NCBI GenBank assembly: GCA_051530055.1
Contig: CM121341.1
Coordinates: 5,558,784-5,622,783 of the forward strand
Direction of reading: 5' to 3'
Source of the DNA: Neoechinorhynchus agilis
Taxonomy: Eukaryota > Animalia > Acanthocephala
DNA length: 64,000 nt
Both the position numbers and the translations under genes were made by a program. The notes beneath the pieces are model-generated. The model ran no database searches. It saw only the letters and a list, made by a program, of their open reading frames with translations, and was not told the origin of the DNA. Of this stretch, positions 1 through 12,265 are shown one piece after another (position 1 is the first letter of the stretch; each line of letters opens with the position of its first letter).

Positions 1-187
1 AAAAGAAAGACCTTTTACACGAGCAGACTTGGTTTCAAACTTGGTCAGCACCATTTCGTTGTTTCTACCAACCCCTTCTAAAGGGAATAATTGCGAGCTG
101 TTTTTAGTGGTGATTCTTCCATGTTTTGACGAAGTCTACTAATAAAATGTTAACCGATCGAAACGCCTTTAATAAAAAAAATCTCCG

Positions 188-545
188 GACATGAAATTGA
201 GAAATCAGTCGATAATCCATGAACTAATCTGTATAATACCGTCAGTGATTTAGCGACCATGAAGACCACAAAAAATTTGCTTTTAACGGCGTAAATTGCT
301 AAATTAATCGGAGTCGAAAAGATAACATGAAATTGAGAAATCAGTCGATAATCCATGAACTAATCTGTATTATTAAAGTCAGTGATTTAGCGACCATGAA
401 GACCACAAAAAATTTGCTTTTAACGGCGTAAATTGCTAAATTAATCGGAGTCGAAAAGATAACATGAAATTGAGAAATCAGTCGATAATCCATGAACTAA
501 TCTGTATAATACCGTCAGTGGTCCACTTAGCGACCGTGAAGACCA
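188..545. repeat. Tandem repeat, ~137 bp unit, ~2.6 copies
   Basis: CATGAAATTGAGAAATCAGTCGATAATCCATGAACTAATCTG recurs at ~190, ~326 and ~463. Confidence 0.9.
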
Positions 546-929
546 CCTTGGAGGTGCTTGCCGTCTCAACGCGTGACAATTTCGTCAAAAATTTACTTCC
601 TAGAGTTTAGCTGATTATTAGGCGTGCGAAATGGCAATGTACAGTTTTCTAAAGTTTCTAATCGTCTTTAGATCAAGATGCGACGAATAATAACACGTTT
701 ATTGATAAAAATGCAAGGATTAGGAGGACCCATTTGCCCGTTTGGATCCTCATAAGCATTCAAGTTCAGAATAGTTCAAAAAAACGCGTATCCGTTAAGA
801 TGGGAATATCCAGTCGAGGGATGTCCGTTCGGGTGGTAATATCAGGTTGGAGGGATGTCTATTCGGGTGGGGACGGTTCGTTCGGGTGAGGATGTGTCCG
901 TTCGATTGAGAACATTCGGTCGGGTTGGA

Positions 930-1275
930 AGATCCGTTCTGGTGGGCGAATTGGTGTTTATTGTTCTACTTGGGTCTTTCCTCAGAATAATTTCAGGTTA
1001 TGATAATCGAAACCTTTTTTCTCGGTCGAGTGCTAAAAAACATACGCCTCGATTGATGCGTTCGAAATCAATTTCGTCTCAACGAAATCCGGAATCGGTG
1101 GTAGAAATTGTGGTTCAACAGTTGATAGGCGTTTTGATTGCTTTATGAAATAACATCAAGGCATTCGGTGAGAGGGGGAAGTCAGCTGTGACAATTTTAG
1201 ATGCTCTTTTATGAAGCATTTCAAGACGCGGATCAACGATTTGGATGGTTGCAAAATACGGGATAACCGTACTTT
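930..1275. repeat. Diverged dispersed copy of the 455-bp repeat family arrayed at 41.2-42.6 kb
   Basis: Shares AAGGCATTCGGT...TTTTAGATGCTCTTTTATGAA.CATTTCAAGACG...GGTTGCAAAA...GGATAACCG and TTCAGGTTATGATA with the 41-42 kb units. Further pieces lie at ~9950-10020 and ~24270-24480. Confidence 0.75.
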
Positions 1276-1575
1276 AGGGACGGTAAAATAAAGCAGAAGT
1301 AAAATTTGTAGAGATCTGGTGAAGGGATTCCTAAATATCGGTCGCGTTTGAGGTACTTTTTAAAGGCGTTTTGCTTGAGGGAGAGGATGATGTGCGGGTT
1401 CCATTTCAAGTTTGATTGAAATTAGATACCCAGAATTCTTAGGGAGGTTACTCGTAGGATGTAATTTAGAAGCTCTGGGGATGATGTGGGGTTGCAGGAG
1501 AGAGGGGATAATTTCGAAGCATGAACAGTTGCGCACAAATTAATTTTAATCGATTAAGGCAATCTCGTGTTTAAT

Positions 1576-3508
1576 TTAATCAAAGACAACATTATAACCG
1601 ATAAGCACTGCTGCGGAGCTAAACGACGAGAATAGTCTGTTCCCAATGATGGATAATTCCGGGATAATACTAGCGGCTTTAAAGGAGGCACTGGCGAAGA
1701 TTGAATTTGAATTGAAGAAAAGAATGAAGGCATAGCTAAACTTGTTTAGACAAATGATCAGTGCTAATTCGTGAACGATACCGGACACGACAAACACCAA
1801 AGTACCAGCAGCCAGTCTACTGAAGCCGAGTTTTCCAGTGAAGGGTACGTAGATCATATCTTTAAGATACCGATGAACCGGTTGATTCCATCGATTCCAA
1901 TATTGCATCAAGTGTTCAAAGTTCCACCATTCATAGTAGAATTCACGATCGAGCTCTCCAGTTACTTCTGCCATGAAGTTCATCAGAGATTGGAATGTTA
2001 TGTAGAACATAATAATGTGAATTCCCGGTGAAAATAGACCAACGCGGAGCATCAAAATCGTTAATTGTACTACATTACGTTTAGTGTAACAAGAAAGGAA
2101 TTCTCTTATCAGAGCCATTGAACAATCACCAATAAGAACGCTTAAAATTGTAGATGAAATCAACATCTCAGCGGCACATCGAGCAATAACTTTGAGTCTA
2201 GCGCGGTAAAATAGACGTTTGGCTGGTGTAAATGAGATCCAAGGATGGTACATTGTAGTCATAAAAGAGGACGTCAAATTGCTTTTACTACCGTTTTTGA
2301 TCAATATGAATGGATGTAAAGTATTTTATTCGTACGGTAAACTAAACGAAATCTTTGATTTTTGTTGCAAATTTAGGGAATGCTTATGTGACGCCGCATC
2401 GCTTGCGCTCGACTTTTCGAATTATAAGGAAACGTCGATTATCCGAAACGTCAATTATAACGATTGCAGTCCTACTCATCTAATGCTACCACAAGAGAAT
2501 CAGAGACCTTTCATTGAAGAACGAAGGTGTACAATGGCGCAGGGATTAGATAAGTGATTATTTAAAACAATAAAGCTAAGATTATGCAATTCTCGATTAA
2601 GTTTAGTTCAGAATTTTGATGCCTATAGTCCAGTTTAAAACAATTAAATACATCGGGTTTGTGGTTATTCGGGAAAAATCTCGTATCTGAAAAGTGTCAG
2701 GTCCCAATTAGTTGGCACATAAACGGCTCGTTCCATTGTAATTTAAACATTAAATCTCAAATTATGGAATTCTTTTTCCTATTTTTGCTTTCTAAAACTA
2801 CTTCCCTGCGAATTTACAGAACTTTGATATCTGTAGTATAGTTTAAAACAATTAAATACATCACATTGAGTTTGTGGTTATTCAGGAAAAATCTCGTATC
2901 TGAAAAGTGTCCGGTCCCAATTAATTCGCGCATAAACGACCCCTCCTTCTACTGTATTTAATAATCTTACTTACCCAAAATAATTCCACCGAATATCCGG
3001 CATCAATGACATCCTCTGGGATAAAATGGCGGAAGCTGATTTGACGAGTGATTTCACCTTGGAAACAAAATTTTAGAAACGACATTAACTTTGAAGAGAC
3101 AACAAAACTGAAGATAATTCCCATTATTCGGAACGTGGTTGGAGCTGAGCCCGTTACTTTGTTCACAGGACTGCATATCCAGGATGACACTAAGATATAA
3201 ATCGTGATGGCCACCAATGCAGCGTAGAGTTTGGCCCGTCTTGACATTCCGTTTGTTTGTTTTGACTGCAGCATCAGGTACAAAGCACCCATGGTCGCAT
3301 TAGTGATCACTGTTATGGTGCCGACGACGATTGCCATATAATATAGGTAATATTTGAAATCCATTGGTATTGAAGTCGGCGAATGACAGTATCGCCGGAC
3401 GATGAATCCAACATAAGTCAACGAAATGAGACATCCATAAAAATATTGAATAGTTCTATCACTCACGACGTTGACCATCAAATTGGTTCTTGCACGTTGA
3501 AAGTACAC
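1576..3508 (-). CDS. MBOAT family acyltransferase, DGAT1/SOAT (ACAT)-like; two coding blocks (3508-~2975 and ~2300-1576) separated by an unusual insert/intron
   Basis: The downstream block has DREFYYEWWN, YWNRWNQPVHRYL and FVVSGIVHE (MBOAT FYxDWWN motif and catalytic His). The upstream block is multi-TM with KLMSF (compare DGAT1 KLxSY, SOAT MKxHSF). The junction is not resolved by a simple GT-AG intron (see findings). Confidence 0.8.
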
Positions 3509-3750
3509 TCCTGTTTATAGTGGCATTGTCACCCTTTCATGAGTTCTTCTATCGAAAGATGATTCAGGCCAGAACATTGTTTTCCTTGTAAAATGTCATG
3601 CTTTCAACACTACACGATGAAGGGAGTAACGCAATGCTTAAATTATTCCAAAATATGTGATACCCAGTGAACGTGATTACACTTTTTGGTCCTCCAAGTG
3701 GAAAGTTCCTAAATGTGTTACTCAAACTTATAAAAGATCAATGAATCATG

Positions 3751-4072
3751 GAATTATTGTTTAGAAGTCTACACCCGCGGTAAATGATTATTTCGATTAA
3801 AGACGTTCTACGAACCTCGTCGGGTTCACCATCAATTAACAAACACGAATAACTCAAGAACTATGAAAGCTATCGCAAATCCGAAAACAGATTTGGAATC
3901 AGCGCGTAGAGATGTACAAATGAACATAATCCATAAACTACACCTGTATTATTGGCGTCGGAGATCGCATTATCATATTTGGTCAAAAGTCACTTGAACC
4001 CGACGAGGTTCGCAGAACGTCTTTAATCGAAATAATCATTTACCGCGCGTGTAGACTTCTAAACAATAATTC
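3751..4072. mobile_element. Non-autonomous foldback/MITE-like element, family B (TIR ~80 bp)
   Basis: GAATTATTGTTTAGAAGTCTACAC...GACGAGGTTC arm at the left end and its reverse complement ending at 4072. Other copies at 9830-10117, 27683-27907, 31891-31972, 52613-52752, 55764-55945 and 61543-61787. Confidence 0.9.
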
Positions 4073-5254
4073 TCTAATTACATTCCCGGGTACCTCCTCT
4101 CACGTATCGACATTTCAATGAATCATATTTACTACTCCTGATTCGGAAGCTGCGAAGATCTCATACGTTTTCTAGAGTTGCATCCGTACAGCTAAAAATA
4201 TTTTGAAGAGGAAGCTTAAGATAAATACAAAATTGATATTCGTACATACAATTTTACGAACTTTGAGTACTTTTAGAAAGGCCAAATAGATTTCAGATTA
4301 AGAAAATATGACAATCGCAATCTTGAGCGTAAGAAATATTAAAGATGAAAGTATACAAAAGATCTTATCAGATGGAAAATTGTTAAACAATATTAGTGAC
4401 TTGCTCCGGTTTAAAAATATTTGCCTGAGAATAATTGCATTAAAATTGGCGAAATAAATTACAGATTAAGTTGAAGCAACGTCATGATGAACGCTTTTGT
4501 TTTTCTATCCAATTGCTTCTACGAGTAAATGTGTATTCTCAATGGGGAATTGTAACACACTCGAGCTTTATTGAAGTTTTTCCTTAGCAATACTTTCAAA
4601 CAAGATCGTCGATCACAGGGAATGTTACTTAGTGGAATTCAGCATGTAAATGGCTATTACAAAAGGTAACGTTCCCAAAAAATTTATCCACACAGCTAAA
4701 TAATAAAGATAAAACACAGCGAAGTAGCAACAAAGTGTTTCGAGAATATTAATGGTTAGTCGTTTTATCCGGGGTTGCCCGTGAATAATTTATAGCAATT
4801 TTAACATTTGTTTTGTAGCATGATAAAGACATTCAGGAAAAAAGCATTTGTGAAACTATACGTCCGGTATTTCATTACCTTCGAACATCATGTTACCCTT
4901 GATCGTTGCTGTAAAGCCACTAAATTTTTTAGATCGACGTCCATATTGAAGATAACCATAATCTCCAAATTGTGTAACATGGACATTGATATTTCCGTAT
5001 GATCCATGAATCAAGTTTTTCTTCACAACTGCATGCGGATTCAAAGAGAATATATATAAAATTTTGATGAATTTTTGCTTTAGCAAGAAGATGTCATAGG
5101 AACGTGCAAAACTTCGCTTCCGCCATTCAATTGCATTTGTACAAAGATGTAATGATCTTCAGTAATTTCATTTGCTTTTGTCTCAACAATCCCGTCCCTG
5201 CTTTTTCCTTTAGGTAAACAGTCAACTGTTGAATATCTTCGACTATCACGATTA

Positions 5255-5340
5255 CGAGTTTGTACACATTTCTCCAGATCCTCAGATACCTTCCGAAGAG
5301 GCAGTACTCATCAGTGAGTTTCCCGATCCTTTGAGCGGTA
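5255..5340 (-). mobile_element. Partial diverged copy of the SINE-like family found at 33-34 kb and 40.2 kb
   Basis: GAGTTTGTAC...CTCAGATACC...ACTCATCAGTGAGTTTCC blocks are shared with the 33 kb units. Confidence 0.7.
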
Positions 5341-5820
5341 CTCGTTACTCCTCAAACCTACGCCTGTACTTTGGTTAAAGGTTAATTATCGTGTTACTAG
5401 AAATATAGAGACGGAATATCGTTCTTGGTCATCCATTTTTATGCTTTAAGCATTCAGATTGACATTTAATAGAAAAAAGTTGCGATCTACAGGACTGAAT
5501 AAAAATTCATCCCAGATCACTAATGTTCAATACAAATCTTAGCTCAATAAAGTAACACCTAAATTTTGGACGGAATAATTTTTATGAAGCGATCTAATTT
5601 TAAGCCTTTTTAGTGATACCGATTTGCTCAACAAAAGCAATTATTCGCCTAAAACAAGATTCAATGCAAATAAAAAAAAGGCTTTTTGGCAAATTTAAGG
5701 TCAACAAATCTTACACTCGTGTCTAAAATTAGTGAGTACCACCTAGAAACTGAGTTTTCTTTTTTTGAACTTTTAACTGTAGTCCATTCACGCTTGCTGT
5801 GTTTGTCCAAAACAAAACCA

Positions 5821-7946
5821 TCAGTCGGAAATAGTGACTTTAACGACGGCACGCCGGCACTCGTCTTTGTTATACAGCATCAATGCCGTTCCCTTTTGAA
5901 TCAATATGACATGAACATCTCTATCGATGGAACATCTCTCACCTCGGCGTCGAATATCAAGCCGTTCAGGCGAAAACAACTCTACAATACGCTTCGATTC
6001 CATATCGTTGTCGTAAATCTCCTTTCCCGGCTCTATAACATACAACGAAGATCGTCCGGGATCGAGAATTAACTTTTTGCCGTACGGGGTATCATGCACT
6101 TCAACTAACGATAAATCGCCACATATATCGCCATCGCCGGTAACGTAAAGAGATCCAATTCCCTTGAAAATTTCGTCCATATCCTTATTTTCACCAGGTT
6201 TTGAAATCGGAGACAAAGGAGGCAACAATCCGGCCAATGATTCATTGTTACAACCTGCGGCCACCATTGTACTTTGGAGATAATTACGTTGATTTGTTTC
6301 CTTCTCCGCACAAACTACTGCGGGCTCATAAATAGTCGATTGAGGGAACTGCGGCAAATTGGAATGAGACGAAGGCAGCAATGTTTCGAATTGGTCACGA
6401 TCATCTGCAGTCAACTCTCTTCCCAACGGCGGTTTATCTTTGCTCCGAAATATTGAATCCTTTCTTAATGGCGATTTTAATGAGATCACATTTTCATCTT
6501 CGGACTCCGTTGAATCAAAAGGACGGCGATTCTCCGGCTCATTGGATGATGCTGGTCCAAGACTCTGCAAAATGCTTCCTTGAGCGCCGGCATCAGACTT
6601 TATAGACAACTTCGAATTACTCAATTTAAGACATACTGAATCGCTTTTTATTGAATCAGGTTCATCTGGATTGCTTGTTCGGACATTAATAAGAGTTTCC
6701 AAGCTTGAATGTAGTGTGGTTTTCAACGATAAATGACATCCACCACCTCGTGGGCTTCTAATTTGACTTCCGGTCATTGGCGAGCTGAACGATCCTTTTC
6801 TAGTAGGTTTAATGTTTGTCGGGAGGTCTTCCCAAATGAAAGAGGTGAACGGGGCAGGGACAAGAGTTGCCTTTCTAGACAATGGAGCATGTTGGAATGG
6901 AGTTTTCGGGCTCGTCGTTGCTTTTGCGTTCACAGTCGAACTGGACGTTTGATTTCGGTGATCGTATTCTGAGCTTGTCAACATTTTTGGTTCGCTTGTA
7001 TTTCTGCAGGATGAGTGATTGTTGGTTTTCTTTGGTGAGATGGCGGGATCAATAGAAGAACTTTTCTTTAATGATAGTTCACGTGATTCACTGGACACAT
7101 TGCAAAGTGTTTCATTGCTTAATTCGGAAGATGACGAATGAGCAGTCAAGAACTGTATACGGTTTATCTCAACACGAGATTCATAACTAAAGCTTTTAGT
7201 CTTCTCTTCAATTGATGTTTGCATGGTTTCAAAGTTTTCTCCAGAGCAACTTAAGATTCGCAGACTATGGCGTTGATGATATTCGGTCACCGAAGATGCA
7301 CTCTTGTCTTTAGAAACATCGACAGCTTGGATTACCTTGCTAGCATCGGGATTCCCCTTCCCGCTGCGATCATGAAGATTATAAAGCATAGATCGTAGAC
7401 TTTGGGCGTGTTCACCTGAACGAAGGTTTTTAGGATCGCCATTATTAGACCCAAATTTCGAATGGTCAAATGTTTGTTCCAAGGATCGAGATCGCAGCCG
7501 TCTAGTCGGTGTTTTTCTTTTCTGGGATTTCCTCAGAGGAATGAACTCTGTTGATGAATCTGATAAGGAGCTGTCTAAAACGGTTGATTGGCCAGCGTAA
7601 GAACCGGTTCTTTTTATTGCACGTGAAAGATTGTGAACGACTTCAGTGGCATCAATATCCGAATCGGCTAAAAAAGATAATGAGAACTTTCATAATAAGG
7701 TTAAATAAACTTACCGGTCTTAACATAGTCCTTGAAACGCTCTCCCTTTTTGAGGCAAACACCATCACTTCTCCTTGTGGGTAGTATGGAATCGTTTATT
7801 CCTGATGATTCAACGCTCTCAAATGATAATACTTTGGAGTCTCCATTCGCTTTCTTAACAGCTTCGGACAGGTCGGTGGCGTTGAAGCTAAGTTCGTCTT
7901 CGATAAAGCAAGTTTTTGATTTCTTCGAACTATTTTTATCGTTCAT
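5821..7946 (-). CDS. Hypothetical Ser-rich, largely low-complexity protein (~692 aa) with a possible folded C-terminal domain
   Basis: ORF 7946-7715 joins in frame, via a 47-nt GTAAGT...TTTTAG intron (7714-7668), to an open exon 7667-5821. No family recognised. Confidence 0.7.
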
Positions 7947-9829
7947 CTGAAATGATTAAAGGATTTTGCGCTTTTATATTCCGTTTTATGCCAGGAAGCA
8001 GATCTCAAGAAATACATAAAAGTATTTTACATGAACATTCCACTTGATTAGAGGCTCGAATTTCTTCTAAGGCTACCAAGGAATAGGCGTCGTTGAAACC
8101 CACCAAGAAAAACCTTCGGACGTTTGCCATTTCGCATTTCCAGTGTACCACAATAGCTCGTGTTTTTAGGACAAAATCTTACTGTTCAATAGAAGTGGCG
8201 ACTTCATTCGGATGAGCTTTATTCGGCAATGAGCATCACAATTCAAGAAAACTCGGTAAATTCGAAACTTTTCCTCGTGACTTAAAGACCGTATCGACGA
8301 GGAGAACAATAAAGCCATTATTTTTCTGGATATAGTTTCGATTCTCTGTTAAGCTGATATATAAAATGGCAAGTGGAATAAAGGAACGAATATTTTTATA
8401 GACCAAAAAAATTGAATAAACGTCGTAAATCGCAAAAGTGCGAATTTAGATGAATGACACAATTGAATCTTTCTTACTAACTTGAAGACCTTCGTCTTTG
8501 GTGCTATGAACCTTAAGCTAAAGTAAAAAATCGATAATGTTCATCTTACATTGCTTACGTCACCATTGAGGTTTTCAAAAGTACATTGGAATGCTTAGAG
8601 ATCGACGCTATTCGGAATACAGGATTTGAGGTCAAAGTCCATTTCTTCAAGTCCCTGTGAAACGTCATATCTTTAATAAAGGCCGTATAGAACGTTACCT
8701 TCCAAAAACGGCGATTCTAAACATTGCCGGATTTTGCAAAACGGATTAAAAATTTAAACACCAAGAATCGGTTAGAAAGTTTCTAGTTTAGCGCAATGAT
8801 TCCAAGAGTGCACAAAAACTTTAACTGAGCTAAGAAGGAAATGGGAAGGAAACAATTAAAAACAAATCTCCAAAATTAAAACCCATTTACTCGCCTTTCC
8901 TTTGACGCTTCCTGAATCCTTAAGGAGAAAATATTACAAAGGATGGAACAATGACCGGTATGTGTGCATGCGCGAATATTCGGACGTTGTTTTGTTAAGA
9001 TACGAAAGAATCGCAGTTTTGCATGACGTCATGGAGGGCGAAACAAATGTAATTAATGTTTGTTGTTTTAATATTGAGAGAGGGGTTGTTTGTTGTTTTT
9101 ATTAAGAGATGTTTTTTTGAAAACAAAAAACATGGAGAGTGCTGTTAAGCACTCCAGGGATTGCCTTGTAGAAAATGCGATTGGACCAGTATTTTTCTAT
9201 AAAATTCCAATTTAACTGGTAGCAAAATGTTTCTATTATCTTTGCATTTTTGAGCTCTACACAATCACGCCTTTGATTTTTTTCGATATTACCAGTTTTT
9301 TATTTTACACTGAAACTCTTTTTTTGAATTTCTAAAGCAATAAAGATTTAGCGCGAGAACTACTGGAAATAGTTTCGCGGTCACGGCGTCCGAATTGTTT
9401 CGTTATCTTGAAAGAGAATTACCCGTCTACGATCTTCATTATCCGACTATTCAAAAGAAATTTCGATTTTTCAGATGATAGGACAATTGCTTCTGAAGCG
9501 GCATTTCAGGTTGACCGATGAATTCTTCGATATATCCACCGATTCTAAGGTTTTAAGACAGCTTTTTTTCTGAAATCTTTCTGTTAGCGTTCTAAAGACA
9601 TCGCCTGAAAAATGATCGCATTCAAGAAATGTTTAACTAACTAATAAAATTCTTAAGAAACTATAGTGAATCGACGAAGCAATTCGGGTGACATATCCGT
9701 TCAAACGCTTTAAAAAAGTCGTTCAATGTAAAGAATGTAATACTTTGCAAGACGTGAATTCCGTCTTTATAACTCTAGGAAAAAACTGACAATGCTAATC
9801 GTTTCGATTTCTAGTGGCCAACCAAAATA

Positions 9830-10117
9830 AATTATTGTTTAGAAGTCTTCACACTTGCAATAAATGATTTTTTCGATTAAAGACGTTCTAAGAACCTCAC
9901 CGTAAATTCATAATCTCAGTTTATTTTGAGTTCTGATTGGATAAATGAATCTGGCTATTGATTTTGGAGTGAATTACGAGTCCGGCCTGGTTGTAATGCC
10001 CGTTCTGGTGGGCGAATTGATTAACAAACAGAGAATGAATCCGACATGAGGTTCGCAGAACGTCTTTGATCGAAAAAATCATTTATTGCGGGTGTGAAGA
10101 CTTGTAAGAAATAATTC
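9830..10117. mobile_element. Foldback/MITE family B copy, with an interior fragment of the 455-bp repeat family
   Basis: Family B TIRs at both ends. The interior contains TTGATTTTGGAGTGAAT and CCCGTTCTGGTGGGCGAATTG. Confidence 0.85.
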
Positions 10118-10305
10118 TTTTAATCATATAGCCTTCCCCCGGTATCGACATTTTCAAAAGAGACTTTCAGTGACGGTTTTTTATTTATTGTTATGTAGTG
10201 TCGACAAAAATTATGTATAAATCGATATTAGGGCTCAATTCAGAGCCTTTATCAAGATTGATAAAGTGTTTTATTCGCCGGTTTAAAAGACCCAACCCCT
10301 TTGGT

Positions 10306-11715
10306 CTAGCGAGCCAAAATGAGCGCATGCTGTCCACCGGCCTTTACATCGAGGCAGAAGGGTTTTTTGACAAACCTCAATTTCCTGTACTTCCCAAATA
10401 ATAGCTTTTTAGGTTTATAGACATCTTCGCCATGTCCAGTTGAAAACGTATCCCCCATTCCCCAAGTAAACAATCGACCGCACTGAGTTACTGCGTACGA
10501 TGTAGCTATTCCACTGGATACATGTTTTATTTTGTAGCCCACGAGAGCTGGAACAACACGTGGAAACGCAAGGTCACCGCCGATAAAGTTGTTCAGTCCA
10601 AGTCGACCATATTCAGTTGATCCCGAGGCATAAACAAACCCCTGAGAGCTGACGGAAAGAGTGTGGTGGTCAGCTCCGCTAATTTCAACATCCGAACCAT
10701 TGTCAGCATCACTACCGAACCATTTTGAACCGATAGACAATGGCGAAGAGACAATCATTTTATCGTTGCTAAATGGCATCGAAAACCCAAGTTGACTTGC
10801 ATTGTTCAATCCAAGAACGAGACAATCATTTGCGCCCGAAGGACGCATAAATGAGGAGAAGTGGCCGCACCACACCTTGTCGCATTTTGCACTTGTTATT
10901 TGTCTAGGAGTCAACCAATCGCTTCGAGAATGCTGCGATCCAAGTTGGGACTGAACTGAACTGCCCAGTCCCTTTACTTCGCCATTTTCCGTCAATAGCA
11001 AAATGTGGTTGTTACCTGAAGCTACATAGGAAAATGCAAATCGCTGCAAAAGTTCTACAAACGAAAATTAGAAAGCAACAAATGTCGCGATAATTTGACT
11101 CAAAAGGTGTCTAATTTTCGGACAATGAGATAACAAATCAAATGCATGAATGGATTCCCATAACGAGTAATAAGAGATTTGCATTTTCGGCACATACTGC
11201 TTTTACCTTCTCACCATTTAAATCAATATCCACAAACCGATTACTACCTTCCTTACTGTCCAACCGATCCAGTAAGCCGATTTTCTCATTATCGTCTCGG
11301 AATACTCCGCTTACGTACGCCCGTCCAGACTCATCTAAAGCAACTGAGTGCCCGTCCCCGGCCATTATATCCACAATGGGCGGTAGATAATCAACAGGTC
11401 CAGGGATGTATTCGGTCTCATCAGTCTCACGTCCAAGTGCACCATCGTCGTTGCATCCCCAACTCCAAATTGTGCCATCAATGCATAGAGCGAGCGAGTG
11501 CATTCCACCTGCTGCTATTTTATGGATGGATCATTCCACCAAAGTTCTCTCCAAAGTGGAAGTCTATCCATCCCTTGCATACTCACTGAAGTCGGCAAAT
11601 CGACTATTTTTGGTACCATTGTCTCCAAAAGTACATTGGGATTAAGACCCAATTGACCTGCGTGGTTTTGACCAAGAGCGTAGACATACTGCGGATGAGT
11701 TACGCTCAATACCAT
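10306..11715 (-). CDS. RCC1: Regulator of chromosome condensation (RCC1 beta-propeller), 3 exons
   Basis: Tandem RCC1 repeats: VYALGQNHAGQLGL, AAGGMHSLAL...WSWGCNDDGALGR, AGDGHSVAL, ASGNNHILLL, GADHHTL...GSTEYGRLG, WGMGDTFSTGHG, AGGQHALIL. Both introns have paired ends (see findings). Confidence 0.9.
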
Positions 11716-12074
11716 GACAGTTTACTCTAGAAACAATTGGTTTAACTCAGTTGGCCAACTTTTATGTGACCAATAAAATTTGTAAGAAATACTTCTTTTG
11801 GAAATATTGAAAAACACATTATGGGACGGCGGCGGCGGATTGAAATGATAGCAAACTTAAGTCCGATTTATACGCATACGAAAATGATAAGAAAAGATCA
11901 TCGAATTAACAAGCGCATTCATTAACTGAAATTCCTCTCTTGCCAAAACCTTCTCTCTAATATGCATTTCACTGATTCAAATCCATCATCTTATAGCATC
12001 TCTTTTGTATAAATTAATAGGTTTTTTTTCTATTACATAATTTTTTCATATTTTTACAATAATAAGGTACAAAA

Positions 12075-12265
12075 CGCGCAATCACCACCGTCCGCAAAAT
12101 TGGAGCTTCTCTCCTTCCTCGGCCTCGTTGTACTGCCAGCGAGATATTTTGTCGCAGGAATACATTTGCTCGGGCGTCTCCGGTCGTTTCTCTCAATTTC
12201 TTCGAGAGAGATCCTGGAGCAGAGTGCCGAGCTGAGAAAGCGCTCCATACGTCTCAAGTCTACAA
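12075..12265 (-). mobile_element. 3' fragment of a CRE-clade (REL-endonuclease) non-LTR retrotransposon, decayed
   Basis: Translation includes ETYGAF...KLRETTGDARANVFLRQNISLAVQRG, matching the C-terminal GD.RA..FL.QR.S.AVQRGN motif of CRE-type ORFs. Confidence 0.75.

Noticed and set aside
4856-5220. Cu/Zn-SOD-like reading of NINVHVTQFGD
   Set aside because: The metal-binding His pattern and the rest of the fold are absent. It may be an unidentified exon or a decayed sequence.
7500-7560. Possible 17-nt hairpin micro-intron in the Ser-rich orphan
   Set aside because: The frame is continuous through this region, so no excision is needed. A 5-bp hairpin is expected by chance.
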